Assembly (NCBI GenBank): GCA_965215185.1
Contig: OZ244034.1
Location: 2,176,001 to 2,240,000, forward strand
Direction of reading: 5' to 3'
Source: Acidimicrobiia bacterium
GTDB taxonomy: Bacteria; Actinomycetota; Acidimicrobiia; Spongiisociales; ZC4RG35
Length of the DNA: 64,000 nucleotides
Positions 57,833 through 64,000 of the stretch are shown in pieces; the stretch's first letter is position 1, and every line of letters starts with the position of its first letter. The position numbers and the translations under genes were made by a program. Below the pieces are notes generated by a model that made no database searches, was not told where the DNA came from, and was given only the letters and a program-made list of their open reading frames with translations.

Positions 57833-57991
57833 CTGAAGGCCCGACTCGTGGGCGACACCATCGTGGCTGTGGGATCAAGTGAGGTGGTGTTCAGCGACTA
57901 CGGAGTGACCACCCCGACATCGGCCAGTGTCGTCTCGGTTGAGGACCCCGGCACCATGGAGTTTCTGCTCTACTTCACCCGCAGACCATAA
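57833..57991 (+). pseudogene. C-terminal remnant of a YceI-like protein
   Basis: Translates LKARLVGDTIVAVGSSEVVFSDYGVTTPTSASVVSVEDPGTMEFLLYFTRRP*; the N-terminal part is absent. Confidence 0.55.
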
Positions 57992-58449
57992 GCCGTTGAC
58001 ACCGCCAGAAGTTCTCATGGATACGATCTACGCCTTAGCGATAGGCGAACGGGAAGTTCTGTTGATGGGAAACATCACCCGCATTGGAGTGAAGACGTTC
58101 TGCGGTCACTATATCGACGCTCTAGAACCCTTTCCGCCACACCTTCCGCCCTACAGCGGGCGGGGATCCGGTGGTCGATCCGCCTAGCAGCTCCATAAGC
58201 AGAGCCAAAGTCGGTGTCATAGGCCGTGGAGCCGATAGGGGTGCGCTATTGGTCTGCCAATGGCGCTCAAATGTGGAGCCCTCCCAGAACACCCTGCTAA
58301 GGCGCAGGTCAGAGGTGGTGGCTAACACCCCACCAACCCAAACCACAGTGCAGATACCTTACAGAAGGCCCTGCGGTCGGCGCGAGGCTGGTAGTCAATG
58401 TGGTTGTCCATAACGCTAGTTTGACTATCTCGCCTTCAAAGGACAGGAG

Positions 58450-58770
58450 ATGATGATGGAGACAAGGAATTTCGGCAAGCACACCACGTGCGGCTCCGTT
58501 GCATTTAACGGCTGGAACGCAATCGGTGTGGCCGCGGCAGGCGGTGTGAACGCTTTCGGCTTGGCCGCCTTGAGTTTTCTGAACGCAATGGGACTCGTCT
58601 CAGTAGGTGTCGTCAATTCGATCGGTCTGGTGGCGGTAGGCGGCGTCAACGCCATCGGTCTGGTTGCGATAGGGGGTTTCAACTCCGTGGGCATTGTTGC
58701 AATAGGGGAAAACGCCACCGGTGTGATCGCCATGGGCGGGAACACCACCGGTCTTCTAACCGCTCCGTAA
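58450..58770 (+). CDS. Small Gly-rich hydrophobic repeat protein
   Basis: AGGAG RBS; about eight imperfect 10-11 aa repeats of the form NAIGLVAIGG. Confidence 0.7.
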   Translation: MMMETRNFGKHTTCGSVAFNGWNAIGVAAAGGVNAFGLAALSFLNAMGLVSVGVVNSIGLVAVGGVNAIGLVAIGGFNSVGIVAIGENATGVIAMGGNTTGLLTAP

Positions 58771-58925
58771 CCGATAAGCCAAAGTCGCCCCAACCACTGC
58801 GGCTGGCTACCCACGAGGAGTAGCTGGGATTCAAACCCCAGGTGAATAACGGGATTTCGGAGCGCCGGACAGCCCCGTCTTGCCGTGCCCCGTGTACGAG
58901 AACCGAGAGTTCTGTTTGGGGGCTT

Positions 58926-59609
58926 TTAGAAGGGCAGGCCCACCCCGGTGGTCAGAAACCTCACATAAGGCACTGCCTGCTGGCAGAGATCAGTGAAGTC
59001 CTCCAAGAAACCCGGAGAGACCGCGTCGTCCTCGTCCAAATCGACCCATGCGATGTGGTCCTTGCGTTTGAGGTCTTCGACATAGGGGTGGTCCGCATCA
59101 AAACCCTTGGGTGGGCGTTTCAGCGAGTCCCCACCGATCGAGAACCCACCCAAAAGGACGGGGTCCTTTGCGGCCTTCTCCCATGCGCCGGGGTCCGAAA
59201 CAATAGCGTTGCGGATCTTGGTCAAAGCCGGCGTGTCAGGCCACCAGATTCCCACCCCCGCCCCCACCTCTCCAGGCGCCAGATGAAGGTAGAAGCCCGG
59301 AGCATGAGCCGTTTTGCCGGCCTCATGGCGAAAATGTGCGGCGGCCTGAGTCTTGTAAGGACTCTTGTCCTTTGAAAAACGGACATCCCGATAGATGCGA
59401 AACATCGAACCGCCATTAGCACGCGCATCGGCAACGAAGTGTGAGCTGATGGAAGAGAGCAACGGTCGGAAGTCCTCAATAAAGCCAAGCAACGGCTCCT
59501 TGACGTCCCGCTCATATCGATCTTTGTTGGCTTGAAACCATTCTCGGCTGTTGTTCGCCCGCAACTCGAGCAGAAACTCGAAAATTCGCGGAGTGAAATG
59601 CGCCCGCAT
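58926..59609 (-). CDS. DUF2461 / TIGR02453 family protein
   Basis: Motifs FL.EL..NN.REWF..NK..YE, FRIYRDVRFSKDKSPYKT, PGFYLH and LKRPPKGF...HP. Confidence 0.92.
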   Translation of the reverse strand: MRAHFTPRIFEFLLELRANNSREWFQANKDRYERDVKEPLLGFIEDFRPLLSSISSHFVADARANGGSMFRIYRDVRFSKDKSPYKTQAAAHFRHEAGKTAHAPGFYLHLAPGEVGAGVGIWWPDTPALTKIRNAIVSDPGAWEKAAKDPVLLGGFSIGGDSLKRPPKGFDADHPYVEDLKRKDHIAWVDLDEDDAVSPGFLEDFTDLCQQAVPYVRFLTTGVGLPF

Positions 59610-59788
59610 TGTCGCCGCTCCTTGGTGATCAGATTTTGATGAACTGTCACACTTTAACACCTCGACGGGAGAGCAACAGCGCTGCCCCACTGCATGCTCT
59701 GGCCTCTTGTGCCTCTTTTCTCAAACGAGCGAGACATCAACCGCAAGTGCGGTGGACCCACAACCCCCATAACCTAGAAAGCGAGAGA

Positions 59789-60775
59789 ATGACGTCATAT
59801 CGCTCCCAACCAAGACCATCCCGCCTCAAATGGTGGCTATTGGCGATTGCCGCTGTCTTGAGCCTGGGTTGGGCATTCAACTCGCTGATCAATACCTCGC
59901 GGGCCGAAACCACACTTGCGGACCAACTGCACAGTCACACCATCACCTTGGATCGGGCCGCTCGATCCTTCGTTAGGCTGATCGAGCAGATCGACACTCC
60001 GGACCGATCCGAATTGGCATCGATCATCACTCAATCCAGAGATTCGGTTGGCGCGGTGACCGCCGCCCTGAGCGAACCCGCCGAACCGGATAGCAGCCTG
60101 GTTGTCCTGCTTCAGACTGCCCTTGACCTGTGGGACGAGGGCCTGGAGAGTTTTGAGGACGCTTTCCTGTCAGCTGTGGACGATCCCTTCAACTACGTGG
60201 TGGAGGAGCAACTCATCGCCGCGTTGGTCAGTATCCGCAGCGGCGATCGACTCTATCGGGTCTTCTTGGACAAGACAGCCACCGATCCCCGCATCCAGTC
60301 TTTCTCGGACTTCCGAACAGTTGTTTTCCTACCGCCCGAATATCCGGTGGTGGACACCGCCCAGTTCCTGACCACCTACGCCCGCTTGTCCCGTCCTTCA
60401 CTGGAGTTCAACACCGATTTAGCCATAGAACAGATCACCTCCTTCCCCGAGTGGATCTCCGACTTGGAAGGCCGCCCGGTAATCACCACCACCGACAACT
60501 TCGACCTGCTGGTGGTGGTGGCCAACCGGGGCAATGTGGAAATAACCACCGAAACCTCTTTGGAGTTGAGCATGTGGCCCCCGGGAGAGGCGATTCAAAC
60601 CCGGGTCTTGGCGATGCCGCCTCTGGCACCGGGAGACAAAACCACGCTCACCTTTTACGAATTGGCGGTGACCCCCGGCACGTCCTACCAGGTGGAGGCG
60701 CGCCTCAGTTACGTCGAAGGAGATCAAAACCCCGATAACAACAACTACGGCTTTACCTTGCAGGTCAGCGAGTGA
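59789..60775 (+). CDS. Membrane-anchored hypothetical protein with a C-terminal Ig-like (CARDB-like) domain
   Basis: N-terminal TM helix; V.N.GN, L.PG...T..F and D.NPDNN. Confidence 0.7.
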   Translation: MTSYRSQPRPSRLKWWLLAIAAVLSLGWAFNSLINTSRAETTLADQLHSHTITLDRAARSFVRLIEQIDTPDRSELASIITQSRDSVGAVTAALSEPAEPDSSLVVLLQTALDLWDEGLESFEDAFLSAVDDPFNYVVEEQLIAALVSIRSGDRLYRVFLDKTATDPRIQSFSDFRTVVFLPPEYPVVDTAQFLTTYARLSRPSLEFNTDLAIEQITSFPEWISDLEGRPVITTTDNFDLLVVVANRGNVEITTETSLELSMWPPGEAIQTRVLAMPPLAPGDKTTLTFYELAVTPGTSYQVEARLSYVEGDQNPDNNNYGFTLQVSE

Positions 60776-60825
60776 AATGTAAGCCAGATAGCTGATTCTG
60801 GTTTCTCGGTAGCATCTCCTTTGCA

Positions 60826-62085
60826 ATGCTCGATGTCGCCCTGCTCCGGTCCTCTCCAGAGGTGATTCGCCAATCCATGGCCCGCCGAGGCTTGGACTTT
60901 TCCCTGCAAGATCTGTTTGATGCAGAAGCCCGGATACGGGGACTGCGTCATGAAGCCGACCAATGTCGAGCCTCCCAACGCTCACTGGGAAGGCAGATAG
61001 CGGAGTTGACGGGCGATGAGAAACGGCAGGCCATCCAACGGGCCGCTTTTCTGTCCGGCCGCATAAAGGAGATGAACTCCCAAGCCGGGACCCTCTCGGA
61101 CCGGTTCCTTCAGGAGTGGCACACCCTTCCCAATCTGGTCGATCCCACCGCGGGCGAGGGCCTCACCGAAGGGGACTCGCAGGAAGTGAAGCGGGTCGGT
61201 GAAATCCCAACTTTTGGTTTTGAACCCGCCGATCACGAAGCCCTGGGCGAGAGCCTGGATGTTATCGACACCAAGCGAGCCGCCAAGATGGCGGGATCCC
61301 GGTTCGGATACCTGAAGGGCAAGGGGGCGTTGCTGGAGTTCGGGCTGATCAAGTGGTCGATGGACCACCTAGTCGAAGCCGGCCTGGTTCCCATGGTCAC
61401 CCCGGTGCTTGTCCGGGAGATGGCGCTGTTCGGCACCGGGTTCTTTCCCGGAGATCGCCAACAGGTCTACGAAATCCCCGCCGACGAGTTATTCCTCGCC
61501 GCCACATCGGAGATCAGCCTGGCTGCCTATCACGCCGACGAGATACTATGTCCGGACGAGCTTCCCATCCGCTACGCCGGCTTCTCCACTTGTTTCCGTC
61601 GGGAAGCCGGAACACACGGCAAGGACACCGGAGGCATTTTCAGGGTGCACCAGTTTGACAAGGTGGAGATGTTCTCCTTCACCCGACCGGAGGAATCCGC
61701 CGATGAGCATGAGCGGATCTTGGGCCTGGAAGAAAAGCTGGTCAGGGAATTGGAGATTCCCTATCGGGTGGTCAATGTCGCCGCCGGCGACTTGGGCTCC
61801 TCCGCTGCCAAAAAGTACGACATCGAAGCCTGGTTCCCCTCCTGGAACGCCTACCGGGAGATAACTTCCTGCTCAAACACCACCGACTACCAGGCCAGAC
61901 GACTCAAGATCCGCATGAAAGCACCCGAAGGCAACCGATTGGTCCACACCCTGAACGGAACGGCGGTGGCAGTGGGAAGGGTGATCATCGCCCTGTTGGA
62001 GAACCATCAGCAGAGCGACGGATCGGTGGTGATGCCCAAAGCGCTCCGGCCCTATCTGGGCTTTGATCGAATCGACCCGCCGTAG
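60826..62085 (+). CDS. serS: Serine--tRNA ligase
   Basis: Motifs MLD, TSE, CFRREAG..G.DT.GIFRVHQF.KVE, KKYDIEAW.P, EITSCSN and HTLNGT. Confidence 0.97.
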   Translation: MLDVALLRSSPEVIRQSMARRGLDFSLQDLFDAEARIRGLRHEADQCRASQRSLGRQIAELTGDEKRQAIQRAAFLSGRIKEMNSQAGTLSDRFLQEWHTLPNLVDPTAGEGLTEGDSQEVKRVGEIPTFGFEPADHEALGESLDVIDTKRAAKMAGSRFGYLKGKGALLEFGLIKWSMDHLVEAGLVPMVTPVLVREMALFGTGFFPGDRQQVYEIPADELFLAATSEISLAAYHADEILCPDELPIRYAGFSTCFRREAGTHGKDTGGIFRVHQFDKVEMFSFTRPEESADEHERILGLEEKLVRELEIPYRVVNVAAGDLGSSAAKKYDIEAWFPSWNAYREITSCSNTTDYQARRLKIRMKAPEGNRLVHTLNGTAVAVGRVIIALLENHQQSDGSVVMPKALRPYLGFDRIDPP

Positions 62086-62099
62086 AGGACAATCCTGGC

Positions 62100-62738
62100 G
62101 TGGCAGCATCTTCTCCCGACCACATTTTCTCGCGCATCTCCGGAAGGTACGACCGACTCAACCGGATCCTATCCCTGGGTCAGGACCGGACTTGGAGAAA
62201 ACGGGGTATCGCCCATCTTCCCGATGGCCTCATACTGGATCTGGGAGCAGGGACCGGCGCGGCCATGCCGCTGTTCGGCGAAGCTCAACAGGTGATGGCG
62301 CTTGATCCGGTTTGGCCGATGCTGGCCATCAACCCCGCACCGCTGCGGGTAGTGGGAAAAGGCGAGCACCTCCCTTTTGCAGACAATACCTTTGACGGAA
62401 TATGGTCTGCCTTTGTGTTCCGCAATCTCCGGTCGGTGGAGAAAACCCTGGCCGAGACCGCCCGGGTGCTTCGCCCGGGAGGCGTGATGGTGGTGGTGGA
62501 CGCGGGACGGCCCGTTGGCCGCTTGGCGACCGCGTTGCACCGGGTGGGAACCGCCATAGTAACCCCGCTGGTGGGCATCCTGGCCGGCGCGGTCCGCGAA
62601 TACTGGTATCTGCATCGCTCTTTGGACAAGTTGCCTCCTCCTGAAGAGCTGTTTCAAGACCGGGCGCTCGGTATCGAGAAGCTGTTGAGAATGGGAACCT
62701 GGGGATTCGTCTATGGAGTGGTGCTCACCAAGCCATAG
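62100..62738 (+). CDS. UbiE/MenG-like class I SAM methyltransferase
   Basis: Motifs F..I...YD.LN.ILSLG.D..WR, LDLGAGTG, LPF.D.TFD, RN and RVLRPGG. Confidence 0.85.
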   Translation: MAASSPDHIFSRISGRYDRLNRILSLGQDRTWRKRGIAHLPDGLILDLGAGTGAAMPLFGEAQQVMALDPVWPMLAINPAPLRVVGKGEHLPFADNTFDGIWSAFVFRNLRSVEKTLAETARVLRPGGVMVVVDAGRPVGRLATALHRVGTAIVTPLVGILAGAVREYWYLHRSLDKLPPPEELFQDRALGIEKLLRMGTWGFVYGVVLTKP

Positions 62739-62775
62739 CCGTGCGGCGGAAAAATCCGCCGTCGTCCCGCTTAAA

Positions 62776-63044
62776 GCGTGCACCCCGCCTTCGAACTCGA
62801 CACACCGGTCGGTAGACAAACCGCCTGCTCAGACTAGGCACCCCCGTGGCACCAGGACAACCCGCTTAGGGCTGCTTCCTTCCGGATCTGACCCGGTTCA
62901 CGACCACCCCGACTCACGGGACCCAGCCGTCATCACCGCGCATTTTGCCTCCTACCGGAGCTCGGTCGTCCTCAGGCGGGGAGTTCGGCCCCGCATGTAG
63001 AGGATTTCAGGTTCAGGGAACCCCTAACGCCCCGCTTAGCACGC
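62776..63044 (-). ncRNA. ffs: Signal recognition particle RNA, large (Alu-domain) type
   Basis: Minus strand starts GCGTGCTAAGCGGGGCGTTAGGGGTTCCCTGAACCTGAAATCC, like the Bacillus scRNA 5' end. Contains helix 8 GTCAGATCCGGAAGGAAGCAGC and ends GGGTGCACGC, pairing with the 5' end. Lies downstream of tadA. Confidence 0.9.
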
Positions 63045-63070
63045 ATCCCGACCTTAGCAAACCCGAAAGG

Positions 63071-63553
63071 CTATCTCAACCCGTTATCGCCGCCCCTTTT
63101 GCTGCTGAAAAACGCCCTGAGCAACTCGGCGCTCTGGCCAGCGCCCACCCCCGCAATTATCTCACACTGATGATTGAGACGCCGATCGCCGGGAATGTTG
63201 TAGAGACTCAACACCGCGCCGGCTTTGGGATCGGCGGCACCGTAGACGATCCGCTCAATCCGACCGGAAACCGCCGCTCCCGCACACATCGAACAAGGCT
63301 CCAGGGTCACATACAGGGTGTGGCGCAGCAAACGCCACGATCCCAGCCGGCGGGCGGCTTCGGCCAACACCAGAACCTCGGCATGAGCGGTGGGATCCCC
63401 CCGCTCCTCCCGACGGTTGTGGTCGGCAGCCACCACCCGTCCGGCGGAGTCGACAACGACCGCCCCCACCGGCACATCGCCATGCGCCGACGCATGGGCC
63501 GCCTCGCGAAGGGCCAGTTCCATGAATCGATGGTGGTCTGCAGCGTCGAGCAT
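63071..63553 (-). CDS. tadA: tRNA adenosine(34) deaminase
   Basis: Motifs FM..AL.EA, VPVGAVVV, DPTAHAE, LYVTLEPC.MCAGA, DPKAGA and LNH. Confidence 0.93.
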   Translation of the reverse strand: MLDAADHHRFMELALREAAHASAHGDVPVGAVVVDSAGRVVAADHNRREERGDPTAHAEVLVLAEAARRLGSWRLLRHTLYVTLEPCSMCAGAAVSGRIERIVYGAADPKAGAVLSLYNIPGDRRLNHQCEIIAGVGAGQSAELLRAFFSSKRGGDNGLR

Positions 63554-63636
63554 GTTCCTTGTGTTTCTCCGTTGAGCGGTTTGCTAAAGTCTGAGCGAAC
63601 CAGCGTTTCTTAACTTATCCAATTATTGTGGATATT

Positions 63637-63725
63637 GGAGGGATCGCATAGTCTGGTCTAGTGCGCGGCACTGGAAATGCCGTTGGGGGTTACCCCCCTC
63701 GTGGGTTCAAATCCCACTCCCTCCG
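63637..63725 (+). tRNA. tRNA-Ser(GGA), CCA not encoded
   Basis: Acceptor GGAGGGA/TCCCTCC, anticodon arm CGGCA-CTGGAAA-TGCCG, long variable arm, GGTTCAAATCC. Confidence 0.95.
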
Positions 63726-63767
63726 CCCGCGTCGGGAGACGTTTTCGTCGCCCAGCGCAACCCAAAA

Positions 63768-63860
<93 letters not shown>

Positions 63861-63870
63861 AGGACATAGC

Positions 63871-63933
63871 GACACCGCTTTCGACGCGGCGGCCTGCATC
63901 GGTTGCGGCGCCTGCGTGGCGGTCTGCCCCAAC
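63871..63933 (+). pseudogene. Short orphan fragment resembling an SdhB/FrdB Fe-S motif
   Basis: Translates DTAFDAAACIGCGACVAVCPN; no in-frame start between it and the tRNA. Confidence 0.6.
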
Positions 63934-64000
63934 GACGGAGAGCGAGAAGCAGCCTATCCACAACGGCCCAATTCTCTACACGCCGCTGGAAACAGCCGGG

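Larger units (their letters stand above)
52348..58332. mobile_element. TIR element 2 (composite, with an internal extra end at 55024)
   Basis: Begins TGGGCTGTTAGTGAC after CCA and ends GTGGCTAACACCCCA followed by CCA (58333-58335). Carries the transposase, RES TA pair, OYE::ISL3 and a YceI remnant. Confidence 0.7.

Noticed and set aside
52281-58332. 64-bp repeats as a CRISPR array or integron attC sites
   Set aside because: They are kilobases apart with no spacer periodicity, no cas or intI genes, and they coincide with element ends.
50859-58335. Prophage or integrase-type genomic island at tRNA-Leu
   Set aside because: No tyrosine or serine recombinase or phage genes are present, and the tRNA-matching repeat is only CCCACCA. 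Inverted termini and a DDE enzyme explain the structure better.
63612-63636. DnaA-box-like pair (TTATCCAAT / TGTGGATAT) suggesting oriC
   Set aside because: Only two mismatched boxes in a short tadA/tRNA promoter region, with no dnaA or unwinding element nearby.

Overview
High-GC actinobacterial chromosome segment. The pknB-pbpA-rodA-pstP-fhaB-tRNA-Leu block, an F420-type LLM enzyme and a DUF222-HNH gene support this, and Acidimicrobiia is inferred, not proven. Most of the window is housekeeping, transport and catabolic genes: tandem YbdK ligases, liv-type and opp-type ABC systems, a P450, dnaB, serS, tadA, a large Alu-type SRP RNA and three tRNAs. Two regions stand out. (1) 32781-42700 is a bacterial microcompartment (BMC) operon with BMC-H, BMC-P and a CsoS1D/CcmP-like BMC-T. 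Its enzymes are an acylating aldehyde dehydrogenase, an opine dehydrogenase-like protein, an N-terminally extended malate dehydrogenase, a glutamine synthetase-like ligase and an extradiol dioxygenase with a semialdehyde dehydrogenase, plus a divergent sarcosine oxidase-like flavoprotein. I cannot match this combination to a characterised BMC type. (2) 50859-58335 is a tandem array of inverted-repeat-bounded DDE-transposase elements inserted exactly at the CCA end of tRNA-Leu(CAG). CCA is repeated at the junctions, and the cargo includes toxin-antitoxin-like pairs and an ISL3-disrupted flavin oxidoreductase. Several frameshifts and one odd local duplication could be assembly errors. No CRISPR array or rRNA was seen. 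All family assignments come from motif recognition by eye, not database searches.
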